Source: an uncultured virus (IMG/VR IMGVR_UViG_3300030019_000018) (Duplodnaviria > Heunggongvirae > Uroviricota > Caudoviricetes > Crassvirales). From it: a DNA stretch of 64,000 nucleotides. The DNA lies in IMG/VR virus record IMGVR_UViG_3300030019_000018. One strand, written 5' to 3'. The translations under genes were made by a program, and so were the position numbers. Numbering within the stretch: the first letter of the stretch is position 1; every line of letters begins with the position of its first letter. Below, piece by piece: positions 22,049 to 31,937 of this stretch. Below the pieces are notes generated by a model. It worked only from the letters and a program-made list of their open reading frames with translations. It searched no databases and was not told the DNA's origin.

Positions 22049-23170
22049 TTAAACATCTAATTGTAATCCTATATTCTTTTCTGTATCATCTGTATTTCCC
22101 ATGTAATTTATAGACCCATCTGAAGTTATAGATGAAGAATTAAGTACATGTTCTATTTCTTTTATATTTTTTCTTGATTGTCTTTGAATTTCTCCTTTTA
22201 CAAGACCATCTAAATTTTTAAAACCATCAGTAAGAGTAAAAATTAATCCTAATTTATATTGATAATCTACAGGATCTTCTTGAAATAATTTCTGTATTGC
22301 ATTATATTGTACCCCATCATCATCTTTATATACTGGTTTTAATATAGTATCTTTGATTTGTTTTTTTACGTTATCTGTTAGTTTTAAACCTTTGAATGGT
22401 TCAGAAGTATCTGTAATTTTTTTATTTAGATCAGAATATTGTTTTTGTTGTCTTTTTACACTTTCTTCTTTTTCTTTCTTACCTATATTCAAAAAATCAT
22501 CATATTTACTTTTGAAATGCTCTTTATTTCCTTCTAAAGATTCTAAAGCATCTTCTATATCAGTACCTGCTTTTATAGACTTATCTACTTCTTTTGCAGC
22601 CCTTTCTTTAGAAAATCCTTTATTTATATAATCTTGATAAATAATTTGTTTTCTTATATTTTCTGATTCCTTTGTTTCTGATGATAGAACTTCTTCATTA
22701 AGACTATTTAAATATTGAATAGTCTGTTCATATTCTTGTATTTCTGAAGAGTCAACTCCTCCTTCCAAAGCATCTTTAATTTTTCTTTGTGATTCATCTA
22801 ACCCTGCATTAATTTGTTTTTGTACTAAATCTGCAAAATCTTCTGCTGATTTTACTGTTTTAATATCCTCATCACTAAGGTTGGGGAAGATACCATCTTC
22901 TTTAAAAGCTTTGGCAGTGACTGAGTAGAAGTTTTCTTTGGGAGAAGTATCTTCACTACCTTTATCTCCTAAATTGTTATCTTCCCCTTGAGTATCCTCA
23001 GTTTCAGTACCTACTCCCTCTGCATCTTTAAATAGAGTGTCTCCATCTATAATCTGCTCAGCACTTTCTTTATCATTGTCTTTATTATCTACATCATTTT
23101 TTTCATCTGTTGTAGTTTCTAAATCTTCCATTGTAAACATATTATCTATGTTCAAATCTAAATCTTCCAT
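22049..23170 (-). CDS. Acidic scaffold-like protein upstream of the MCP
   Basis: Very acidic N-terminus and coiled coils; ATG at 23170 preferred over the TTG at 23182. Confidence 0.6.
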   Translation of the reverse strand: MEDLDLNIDNMFTMEDLETTTDEKNDVDNKDNDKESAEQIIDGDTLFKDAEGVGTETEDTQGEDNNLGDKGSEDTSPKENFYSVTAKAFKEDGIFPNLSDEDIKTVKSAEDFADLVQKQINAGLDESQRKIKDALEGGVDSSEIQEYEQTIQYLNSLNEEVLSSETKESENIRKQIIYQDYINKGFSKERAAKEVDKSIKAGTDIEDALESLEGNKEHFKSKYDDFLNIGKKEKEESVKRQQKQYSDLNKKITDTSEPFKGLKLTDNVKKQIKDTILKPVYKDDDGVQYNAIQKLFQEDPVDYQYKLGLIFTLTDGFKNLDGLVKGEIQRQSRKNIKEIEHVLNSSSITSDGSINYMGNTDDTEKNIGLQLDV

Positions 23171-23193
23171 TTTTTCTCCCAATTTTTAAAATG

Positions 23194-23225
23194 TAAAGAT
23201 ATGTAATATTAGTTAAATGTACAAC
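23194..23225 (-). promoter_or_regulatory. Promoter of the capsid operon
   Basis: GTTG-N20-TATCTTTA, with the extended TTACATATCTTT also present at the 38601 and 39584 promoters. Confidence 0.6.
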
Positions 23226-23277
23226 ATGTATTACTAATATTATATAAAATTACTTATATTCTACTCACTAAATTTTA

Positions 23278-23562
23278 TTATTTTTTATCTAAACAAGAAG
23301 AACAATTATTACAAATCATTTGTTTTTTTATCTCTTTTAACTCTTCTTTTACACTAAGTATCTCATCATCTACTTTAATATGTCTTTCATCACAAAATCT
23401 ATTATCATCTTTATTTTGTTGTTGAATTGCTGAAATTACTTGTGATAATTCTCTTATAACTTCAGAGTTTTTTCTTACAATATTAAATCCCCATCCTAGT
23501 ACAATTCCTATAAATGTTACTCCTCCTGTTAAACATGCTGTTAATAATGTGTTGCTTATCAT
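23278..23562 (-). CDS. Small membrane protein (TM + coiled coil, C-terminal CxxCxxC), lysis region
   Basis: N-terminal hydrophobic helix; 'CNNCSSC' at the C-terminus. Confidence 0.5.
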   Translation of the reverse strand: MISNTLLTACLTGGVTFIGIVLGWGFNIVRKNSEVIRELSQVISAIQQQNKDDNRFCDERHIKVDDEILSVKEELKEIKKQMICNNCSSCLDKK

Positions 23563-23581
23563 ATTTGTTTATTTTTGTTTA

Positions 23582-24151
23582 TTATCTAAGCAATAGTCCT
23601 CCTGTAAATCCTATTACAAGTGTTAACCACTTACTATTTTTTTCAAACCATGTTCTTTTATTTTTTAGAATTAAAGTTTTTATATTACTATTTGCCTCTT
23701 CAATAATAGAATCTTTTCTAGTTATACTATTTTGTAATAATGGTATAATTAATTTAGTTTCTTTGTATTGCTGATTTAAAGAATCTATTTGTTTACTTTG
23801 TAGTGTTATTAATCTAATTGCACTATCACGTAAAGAATCACATTCACTTGTTTTAATTGTATCATTATTATAATTATCTACTGCAACATAAAAAGTTTTT
23901 TTTTCTACTTTAATTTTATTATTTTGTAAACTTATAATACTATCTCTATTGTGTATTTTTTTACTATAAAAATTGACAGTATCCTTTAATTTTTTTGATA
24001 ATAAACTATCATTCTTTTCTAACTTTTGCAGTTTAGAATCATCTATGGTAATATTACTATTTACAGAGTATTGATATAATTTACCAACTATAAACAATAA
24101 AATTATAGCTATAATAAAATACCCAACATCCTTAAATATTATTTTTTTCAT
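23582..24151 (-). CDS. Spanin-like membrane coiled-coil protein
   Basis: N-terminal TM, long coiled coil, hydrophobic C-terminus; lies in the lysis cassette. Confidence 0.5.
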   Translation of the reverse strand: MKKIIFKDVGYFIIAIILLFIVGKLYQYSVNSNITIDDSKLQKLEKNDSLLSKKLKDTVNFYSKKIHNRDSIISLQNNKIKVEKKTFYVAVDNYNNDTIKTSECDSLRDSAIRLITLQSKQIDSLNQQYKETKLIIPLLQNSITRKDSIIEEANSNIKTLILKNKRTWFEKNSKWLTLVIGFTGGLLLR

Positions 24152-24152
24152 T

Positions 24153-24557
24153 TTAATATTTTATATTATTTACATCATTTAATGTATATTTGTAAAAACC
24201 TAAAAACCATCCTGCCCAAAATCTTTTATATTTACTTGGATTTTTATATACTAAACAAGTTCTTTTGTAGATTATATTATAGTTTTGTAGTACTGCTATA
24301 TCTACAATAGTTATTGGTACAGTGGTGTTGTAATTAACTTTACTATAATTATCATATATAATAGTATATGATTTTTTCCATAATTCAGTACGATTTTTAT
24401 TATTTAATCCATAACTATAAACAGATTTAAGCCTTTTCATTTTGTCTAATTTTATGAAAGCTTTTTTATCTACATATAATTTATTATTAATAAGTACTTG
24501 GCTAAATAAAGAACTAGTAACTAAAAATAAAATTAAAATTGTTAATAACTTTTTCAT
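24153..24557 (-). CDS. Signal-peptide protein with a PG_binding_3-like C-terminal motif
   Basis: MKKLLTILILFLVTSSLFSQ signal peptide; 'LVYKNPSKYKRFWAGW' resembles the C-terminal peptidoglycan-binding motif of GH108 lysins. Confidence 0.5.
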   Translation of the reverse strand: MKKLLTILILFLVTSSLFSQVLINNKLYVDKKAFIKLDKMKRLKSVYSYGLNNKNRTELWKKSYTIIYDNYSKVNYNTTVPITIVDIAVLQNYNIIYKRTCLVYKNPSKYKRFWAGWFLGFYKYTLNDVNNIKY

Positions 24558-24964
24558 GTTAAAGAGTTTATAGTAGTAATTAATGTATTATCTATAATAC
24601 CATTTTCTTTAAGTCCTAAAGCATTTTGTAGTCTTTTTACTGCTCCACTTATTCCTGCATTTACAGCATCATTCATTACTAAGATAGCTATAGATTCTGG
24701 TAATTTATCCCCTTGTACTTTAGTCCAAAATTCATTATAATAAAAATTATTACATAATGTTTGTAATACAGAATCTTTACTAGGATTAATTTTACTGTCT
24801 TTACAAACCTTTAATCTGTCAAATATATTTTTATATTTAGTACCCCAATAATTTTGAGCTATTCCCCTAAATGTCCAACCTCCACTATCCCCTACAAGAT
24901 TACATTCTCCACCCTCCCTTTGATATACAGTAATCATTACTGCATTAAATTTATCACTAAACAT
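24554..24964 (-). CDS. GH108-family lysozyme (endolysin)
   Basis: REGG catalytic motif, 'GDSGGWTFRGI', 'FYYNEFW', 'DAVNAG'. Confidence 0.8.
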   Translation of the reverse strand: MFSDKFNAVMITVYQREGGECNLVGDSGGWTFRGIAQNYWGTKYKNIFDRLKVCKDSKINPSKDSVLQTLCNNFYYNEFWTKVQGDKLPESIAILVMNDAVNAGISGAVKRLQNALGLKENGIIDNTLITTINSLT

Positions 24965-24970
24965 ACATTA

Positions 24971-25198
24971 TTATTTATTACGATTAATAAATCCACTAGC
25001 AACATTACTTATAGTTCCTCCACCTGCCAGTGCAGCAAAAGAATATATTAGTTCAGAATCTACTTGTTTACCTCTAAAATTTATAAATAAGCATATAAAT
25101 AACCCTATAATAGATAATAGGGTTACTATAGTTTTCATATCAATAGAGGTATTAGTTTCATCTAGTAGATTTTTAATAAAATTAATTATTTTTTTCAT
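24971..25198 (-). CDS. Holin candidate
   Basis: 75 aa with two hydrophobic segments, directly upstream of the endolysin. Confidence 0.55.
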   Translation of the reverse strand: MKKIINFIKNLLDETNTSIDMKTIVTLLSIIGLFICLFINFRGKQVDSELIYSFAALAGGGTISNVASGFINRNK

Positions 25199-25200
25199 AT

Positions 25201-26274
25201 TTATCTAATTCTCCTGGCATTTATTATACCATAAACTCCCATATCAGTAATTAAACTTGATACTGTCACACTTACACTAAGATATACAGTAGTATTTACA
25301 CTTACATTAATTTGTCTTGAAGGCAAAGAGGATGTTAATTGACTATCAGGAACTGCTATTAAAGGGGTACATGTAACTAAAGGATTATTACTATCAGGTA
25401 CATTATCACTTGAAGTAAGTAAATCTGATAATATATATCCTGTATTAGAAGATGGATTTAAAACACCAATATTACCTAATACATTCCAATCTCCAGGAGT
25501 TAATACTAAACTAATAACATGAATTGGTATAGAAGTACTACCATTAAAAGTTATTTTATGTGCTGCAGTTATAGATGCTGTTAAATATTCTCCTACATTT
25601 CCAGCGGTTGCAACAGATGCATCAGTTACTCCTATTATTCCTTTAGAATCTGCAAATAATAAATTCTGATTTAATGTTACTTTGTTATCATATAAATTAA
25701 AATATTTAGTACCAAAAGTACTAAAATCGGTTCCTAAATTATCTTCAGAAGTTATAGGATAGGAGGAAATTAAAGCACTACCTGCTCCATCATATAATGT
25801 TGTATTACTTCCATTTCCCACTAATAATGGTATATTATTAATGCTATTTAGTGTAGTACTAGTATAATTATGAATTAACCCCATAGTTCCATGACTATCA
25901 TACAAAGTAAATCCATCTGGATCACATGATAATACTGGTGTACTATTATAACCATAAAAAACTTGAGACCAGGTACTTCCAACATAAACAGAACCACCAT
26001 CAGTTCTAGTAATTGTATCTGTAACTAATCCATTAGTAAATGTTTTTACACCATTTATAGTTTGTGTAGATATAAGATCTACAAAACTTTTAGTAGTACT
26101 GCCCGTACCTCCATTTGCTATAGATAAAGGAAGTATTAAATCTGTACCTCCATTTAAAGTTAACCATCCATTACTACTAAATGTTTTTAGTACTGGATTT
26201 CCTGTGGAAGTATCTTCCCAAACACAATCTGTTGAAGGTTCTAGTAAAGAAGTAATTATTTGTTTTTTTGCCAT
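25201..26274 (-). CDS. Tail fibre/spike protein
   Basis: 'LSIANGGTG' fibre repeat; C-terminal 'GVTDAS...AGNVGEY...LTPGDW...ARRIR' module. Confidence 0.7.
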   Translation of the reverse strand: MAKKQIITSLLEPSTDCVWEDTSTGNPVLKTFSSNGWLTLNGGTDLILPLSIANGGTGSTTKSFVDLISTQTINGVKTFTNGLVTDTITRTDGGSVYVGSTWSQVFYGYNSTPVLSCDPDGFTLYDSHGTMGLIHNYTSTTLNSINNIPLLVGNGSNTTLYDGAGSALISSYPITSEDNLGTDFSTFGTKYFNLYDNKVTLNQNLLFADSKGIIGVTDASVATAGNVGEYLTASITAAHKITFNGSTSIPIHVISLVLTPGDWNVLGNIGVLNPSSNTGYILSDLLTSSDNVPDSNNPLVTCTPLIAVPDSQLTSSLPSRQINVSVNTTVYLSVSVTVSSLITDMGVYGIINARRIR

Positions 26275-26291
26275 GGTTTTATCTTTTTAAA

Positions 26292-28160
26292 TTAACGAAT
26301 TCTTTTTGCGTGTACTCTCCCAGTTGCTGAAACTCCGGTAGTATATGCTGCAACAACTAAATAAACAGGTGTTGTTGCTGAAACTGTTATTTCCTTTGGA
26401 AGCGTAGTTCCTGAAAATCCATAAGCTGTGCTATTATCAGCCACAACTGCATCGCTTAAATCATTCACAATAGCACCGCTTGTAGTGCTAATGCTTATTC
26501 TCGCTGCACCTGCTGCCGTAGATGTTATATAACCAAGGCCTGTAACTTCCCAATCGCCTGCAGTTAAAGAAAGCGTTACAACATTTGATTGTGAACCGGA
26601 AGAAATAGACACTGTACTCGTGGTAGTTGCTTCTAGTGTTTGGCCTACATATCCACCTGAAGCACTACTACCGTCGGTAACACCTACAAGTCCATTTGTA
26701 GGTGATAAATACAAATTTCTCCATGTTAGCAAACTGGTTCCTAAATCTCTAGTGTTATTTAGAGTAGGTGAAAATGCCGCACTATTCCAGTTATAACGAG
26801 ATGATCCTGCCGATTGAAGATACCCATTGGAGGATGCTGTATTTACATATAAATCAGTAGATGTCCCACTAGAAATTATATTTGAATATGTAGTAGCAGC
26901 AGTTAATGTAGGTGCACCAATAGTATAAGTATTAGTTGTTGAAAAAGTAATACTTTTAGTAGTTATAGTATTACCAAATGTAGTAGTACCATCTGCTAAA
27001 GTAGATATAGCAAATACTGCTCCAGTTGTACCTATTCTAGCTCCTATATTATAAGGTTGATATGCTAAACCATCAAAAGCTAAAGTTCTTGCACCATAAG
27101 TTGCAGATACATATTCTGCAATATAAGTTCCTACTCCTGAAGGTAAAGTACCACTATCTCCATAAAATATAGAACCCTTAGCAAAAGCTTTAGCTCCTAA
27201 AGTTGTTTGTGTAGTAGTTAAATCTAAAAAATTTTTAGTAGAAGATCCTGTACCACCATTTTCAACAAGTACTACACCAGTTACATTACTTGCAGTACCT
27301 GTAGTATTTTGATTCCATGTTGGAATTGTAGCATTTAATGATGTACTGTTTTGACGTGTTAAAGTTAATAATAAAGGAGTTAAAGCGGCACTAATTATAC
27401 TAATTTGATAAGAAGTATTCCAATTTGTTGAATTATCAGTTAAATAAGCAATAGTTCCCGAAGTACTTGATACTATTCCAGTACCTGATAAAGTTGCTTG
27501 TGCCCCTAAAGATGCTCTAGCATTAGTTATATTAGTTGCTCCAGTACCTCCATTTAATACAGATAAAGGTAAAGTGAAAGAGTCTAATTTGGTTTTATCT
27601 GTTGCAGACATTAATCCTGGATTAGAATCAGTTGCTACAGATATTAAATCATTTCCAAAATTAATCCAAGTACCATTAGCCCATCCAAATATTACATTAG
27701 ATTTAACTTCACCGTCACTACCAGTAAAACTAACTACATTATACAGATAACCATTTTTAAAATTAGTAGTATCTAATGCTAATAATGAAGTATAATTTGC
27801 AACACTCCCCATTAATTGAAAACTACTTATAGTATAGTTTTTAAGAAATGTTTGCAATGCTTCTGCCCCTACTGTTACTTTATTATTATAAACATCAGTT
27901 AAATTAAATGTATCTATTGTAGGGGCATTAAGAAAAAAATCTAGTAATGCTAGTAAAGTAGTTTTAGTATAAGCAGTTGTACCTGCCTCATCATATAAAA
28001 TAGATACTAAATTTGAATAATTAAAATTATTTTGAATTATAGTATATGTAATACCATCATCAGTAATTCTAAATTCAGTATTACTTGGTGATAATATAAG
28101 AGACTTGTCACCTGTGTCAAAGATAAATGCTCCATTATCTGTTTGATAAAATCTTGTCAT
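26292..28160 (-). CDS. Tail fibre protein
   Basis: 'GLMSATDKTKLD', two NGGTG repeats, C-terminal 'GVTDGS...LTAGDW...AKRIR' module. Confidence 0.75.
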   Translation of the reverse strand: MTRFYQTDNGAFIFDTGDKSLILSPSNTEFRITDDGITYTIIQNNFNYSNLVSILYDEAGTTAYTKTTLLALLDFFLNAPTIDTFNLTDVYNNKVTVGAEALQTFLKNYTISSFQLMGSVANYTSLLALDTTNFKNGYLYNVVSFTGSDGEVKSNVIFGWANGTWINFGNDLISVATDSNPGLMSATDKTKLDSFTLPLSVLNGGTGATNITNARASLGAQATLSGTGIVSSTSGTIAYLTDNSTNWNTSYQISIISAALTPLLLTLTRQNSTSLNATIPTWNQNTTGTASNVTGVVLVENGGTGSSTKNFLDLTTTQTTLGAKAFAKGSIFYGDSGTLPSGVGTYIAEYVSATYGARTLAFDGLAYQPYNIGARIGTTGAVFAISTLADGTTTFGNTITTKSITFSTTNTYTIGAPTLTAATTYSNIISSGTSTDLYVNTASSNGYLQSAGSSRYNWNSAAFSPTLNNTRDLGTSLLTWRNLYLSPTNGLVGVTDGSSASGGYVGQTLEATTTSTVSISSGSQSNVVTLSLTAGDWEVTGLGYITSTAAGAARISISTTSGAIVNDLSDAVVADNSTAYGFSGTTLPKEITVSATTPVYLVVAAYTTGVSATGRVHAKRIR

Positions 28161-28180
28161 TTGTTTAATTATTTCTATTA

Positions 28181-29503
28181 TTAATATTTTATTACGTAAT
28201 AAACTGCAGCATAAGGTGGCATTATATCAAAGGCATTTGTATAATTATTAAAAGAAACTCCATCATATATTGAAGAACTTGTAAGCCCTTGATAATTATT
28301 ACTAGCACCTGATATTTCAACTCTAGATTGATTTTTACGTTCATTTATATAAGCACCATACGTAAATACAGATGTATCAGCATCAGAACTTTCTATACCA
28401 TCTAAATGTTGATGAGGAGGTATATTATGTATATTAAGTGTTTGAGTTGTTCTACCACCATAAGAAGTGCTATTATATAAATCACCTGCTCCAAATAAAG
28501 TTTTATTTATATAGTTAGGTAAAGAAAAAGTAGTACCATTATCTTCATCAGTGCCACCTCCAAAAGTAATACCTATAATAGCAAATAGTGCTGCATAAGT
28601 AGTTCTATCAAGACTTGCACCATTACATAATAAATAACCATTTGGTGGAGTTGGCATAGGATACATTTTTATAAAACCTACGTCAGAACTTTCAATTATA
28701 GTAATAACTTTAGTCTCTAATTCATTAATAGCGCCTACAACTTCTTTAGATGTAGTAGTTAAAGTAGAACATAATAATTTACTTTCAATAGTACTTTTAG
28801 TTTCATCTCCAGTATTAGTATTAGATGTATTATTTAATTTTAATTTATCCTCTTTATTTAATCTACCATCAATAAGAGTTGTTGCTAAAGGTATATAGTT
28901 AGAATCAATCATATGCCATCCATCAATATCATTATATTGATAAGTATAACCTGTATCTTTAACATTCACAGTCCAATATTGGACTGGGATAGGATAAGTT
29001 GTTGTTATATCAGCAAATGTAGCAACTTCTGATTTCCAAATAGCACCTTTTAATGCTGTAGTTACATTAGTCTGTAATGTAGATATATCTGAATCAATTC
29101 GTATAACATTAGAATCTAAATCACTGGCAACATCACTTATTGCTAATTGTAAAGTATGATCTCCATTAATTCTATTAGTAATTTCTGTTGCTAGATTTGT
29201 ATTTAATATTGATATATCTGAATCAATTCTTACAACATCAGCATGTAATTCAGTATAATTATATGTTATATTTGTATTAATATCTATAATCTCATTATCA
29301 ATATTTGTAAGGTGTGTGTTAATAATACTTATATCATTAAGAATAATATCAAATTCATCATTCCAAAAATCAACCCATATTCCTCTATCTTGATTATAAG
29401 CTCTAAGATAATATTGATCAGGATTTTCAATCTTTAACCATAAACTGTGTTTATCAATTTCTGGTAAAGATACTACTGTTTGAGGTCTTTCTCCTGTGAT
29501 CAT
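28181..29503 (-). CDS. Tail fibre protein with phage tail-collar domain
   Basis: Coiled-coil shaft; 'PPNGYLLCNGASLDRTTYAALFAIIG' collar motif; 'PPHQH' and 'MPPYAAVYYVIKY' tip. Confidence 0.8.
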   Translation of the reverse strand: MITGERPQTVVSLPEIDKHSLWLKIENPDQYYLRAYNQDRGIWVDFWNDEFDIILNDISIINTHLTNIDNEIIDINTNITYNYTELHADVVRIDSDISILNTNLATEITNRINGDHTLQLAISDVASDLDSNVIRIDSDISTLQTNVTTALKGAIWKSEVATFADITTTYPIPVQYWTVNVKDTGYTYQYNDIDGWHMIDSNYIPLATTLIDGRLNKEDKLKLNNTSNTNTGDETKSTIESKLLCSTLTTTSKEVVGAINELETKVITIIESSDVGFIKMYPMPTPPNGYLLCNGASLDRTTYAALFAIIGITFGGGTDEDNGTTFSLPNYINKTLFGAGDLYNSTSYGGRTTQTLNIHNIPPHQHLDGIESSDADTSVFTYGAYINERKNQSRVEISGASNNYQGLTSSSIYDGVSFNNYTNAFDIMPPYAAVYYVIKY

Positions 29504-31854
29504 TTAGTACTTTTATTTAATTGTTGTTTTTTTAAAGCTACATTATCTGCATGTTTTTTCTCTTCAAAAGATAGTTTACTTGTATCTAAGGCTAATCTAG
29601 CTTCAAATTGCCTAACTTTTTCATCTAAATCTATTTCAGAACCTTCATCAGTAGATTTAGATTGTGCTGATAGTTCAGCAATTAAAACCTTTGTACTATT
29701 GTCTCTAATATTATGTTGTTCTAATAAATCTCTATCTTTTTCTTTTTGTTCTAATTGCATTTGCAATTGTTGTTGTTGACTATCTCTTTCTGATTGAGCT
29801 TCTTGTGCTTTTTGCTTTTGTATATTTTTTTCATCATCTTCAATAGTTCTTTGTATTTCAGCAATAGAAGATGTACTATAAATTTTCATAATAGTAGAAA
29901 AAGAAAGTAAACTATTCTGTAGTGCTGCTTGAGCTAATGAATCTAATTTACCTGACAATTCTTGCGTAGCAGGTGAATTATCTACAACAATACCATAATC
30001 ACACTCTGAAAATTCATCCCCATCAATATCCATTATTTTAGAAGAATAGTCAGATAATATATATTGGAACTTTTTACTTCTCCCTTTTAATGCTATTTTA
30101 GATGTTTCTAATAAACATTCTAATACTCTTTTCTTAGTATTATCATGTATAGAAAATAACCATTCTGTAATATAAGAAGATTGTAATGTAGATCTTTCTA
30201 CACCTCCAACAGTTTCTCTATTAGCTACTTGCCCTTCTCTTTGTCTTGTTACTCCAACACATTCTTTCATTTCTTGTTTTATATTTTCAAGAAGTAAAAT
30301 ATGTTGCTGTATGAAATTACCAGTTTCAGCATCAATAACTCCAGATGATTGATTATTCATCATGCCTGAAAGTTTGCCTGTAGCTGCTCCTATATTTCCT
30401 TCTTTAAAAGAATCTACTACAGCTATTTTATTTATCTTAGCATAATGTAACCATTTATCAACTTCCCATCCTTTAGGAACCATTGCCAAATCCATCTTTA
30501 TTATTTTACCCCAATTAGATGCAATTGCTTTATTTAATCTATCATGTATAGCATTGTATAAATAATTGAAAGGTTTCATCATATCAACTAGAGAATATGG
30601 CTTTCTATCATTCAAGTTATATATAGTTCCTATAATTCCAAAATGACATTTAGAAGGGTTTGATAGTCTATTATATTGTACTATTCTAGGTCGCATATTA
30701 ACATAAATATCTTTTCCTATTTGTGTACCTTCCCAAGCCTCATTAATCCAGAAGGTTTGCTCTTCTTCTCCTTTTGCTTCATCACATATATAAGTTTCAG
30801 GATAAAAATGATACTCTTCTTCTCCTGTATTAGTATCATAAGATTTTACTTTTTTAATCTTTCTTTTACTTTTCCAATACACTCTAAGAACTCTTAAATT
30901 ACCATAATTATCATAGTATCTATTTCTAGAATAATTAAGACCTGTAAATAATCCATATACATCTACAAAAGGGTTTCCATAATCCATACCTTGATCTGCA
31001 ATATTAAAAAAAGCATCTCTTTCATCTATGTTTTCCATAGCATCGGTATGACCGAGGGTAGGTAAAGTTTCTAAAGAAGTTATATCTTTAGAAGATAAAC
31101 TTTCATAAAATGTATCTATAATTTTACCAGGGTTCCAATAATCTTCTAATATAATTATATCTGCATCTTCAACTTTATTTGAAAATCCAGATTGAAATAC
31201 TCTGATATTAAGTGTATTAACTCTTTCCACAATAGGTTCTCCAGAAACAATATCACATTGATATATTTCTTCTCCTACTGTCATACAATCCATAAAACCA
31301 CCATTGAATTTTATAGGTAAATCTAACTCCTTAACATAATGGGTTAAAATACAGTTAGCTCTAATTTCTCTTAAATCTTGCCATTCATATACGAATTTAT
31401 TATTTAATTCTTCTAATTGGCTATTGAAAGCATTCTCGTCCTTTGCTTCAGAAGATATTACAGCTTTTAACTCTTCAAAAAGTTTTGCTTTTTTATTATT
31501 TTCAATTTCTGATATAGCATTAGGATTAGTTATAGTAGCCCTAAAATCAAATCTTCTTTTAAATTCTTCACCTCTTAATACATTAAGAACAGAATTCATA
31601 ATTGGATAATGCTGAATATTTTCAGGAATATAACTAGCTTTTACATTATCTGGATTAAGAACTAGACTCATATCTTCTAAATATAATTTACCATTCAGAA
31701 GATCATAATTAATTTTTTTATGTAGTATAGACTTTCTTACAAGATTGTTATTGTAGAAAGTTTTATTTGAAGCCCACTCTAAATGCTTTTTTCTCCAATC
31801 TTTTGTCTTGGATCTAAAAGATAATTGTTGGGATGGAAAAGAATCAAAGTTCAT
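29500..31854 (-). CDS. Portal protein
   Basis: 784 aa; 'FPSQQLSF', 'WINEAWEGT', 'QREGQVANRETVGGVER' motifs; C-terminal coiled coil; adjacent to the terminase. Confidence 0.9.
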   Translation of the reverse strand: MNFDSFPSQQLSFRSKTKDWRKKHLEWASNKTFYNNNLVRKSILHKKINYDLLNGKLYLEDMSLVLNPDNVKASYIPENIQHYPIMNSVLNVLRGEEFKRRFDFRATITNPNAISEIENNKKAKLFEELKAVISSEAKDENAFNSQLEELNNKFVYEWQDLREIRANCILTHYVKELDLPIKFNGGFMDCMTVGEEIYQCDIVSGEPIVERVNTLNIRVFQSGFSNKVEDADIIILEDYWNPGKIIDTFYESLSSKDITSLETLPTLGHTDAMENIDERDAFFNIADQGMDYGNPFVDVYGLFTGLNYSRNRYYDNYGNLRVLRVYWKSKRKIKKVKSYDTNTGEEEYHFYPETYICDEAKGEEEQTFWINEAWEGTQIGKDIYVNMRPRIVQYNRLSNPSKCHFGIIGTIYNLNDRKPYSLVDMMKPFNYLYNAIHDRLNKAIASNWGKIIKMDLAMVPKGWEVDKWLHYAKINKIAVVDSFKEGNIGAATGKLSGMMNNQSSGVIDAETGNFIQQHILLLENIKQEMKECVGVTRQREGQVANRETVGGVERSTLQSSYITEWLFSIHDNTKKRVLECLLETSKIALKGRSKKFQYILSDYSSKIMDIDGDEFSECDYGIVVDNSPATQELSGKLDSLAQAALQNSLLSFSTIMKIYSTSSIAEIQRTIEDDEKNIQKQKAQEAQSERDSQQQQLQMQLEQKEKDRDLLEQHNIRDNSTKVLIAELSAQSKSTDEGSEIDLDEKVRQFEARLALDTSKLSFEEKKHADNVALKKQQLNKSTK

Positions 31855-31875
31855 ATATTAGTATATTTAAAAGCA

Positions 31876-31907
31876 CAAAAATAAAAATTAAAATTAACAA
31901 TAACAAT
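31876..31907 (-). promoter_or_regulatory. Bacteroidota-type promoter upstream of the portal gene
   Basis: ATTG-N20-TATTTTTG on the minus strand. Confidence 0.55.
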
Positions 31908-31937
31908 AGATAAAGTAAAATACTATAATTTATTACA

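Noticed and set aside
25201..29503. Diversity-generating retroelement or invertase shufflon acting on the tail fibres
   Set aside because: No reverse transcriptase or recombinase seen and no near-identical TR/VR pair; the similarities are at protein level only.
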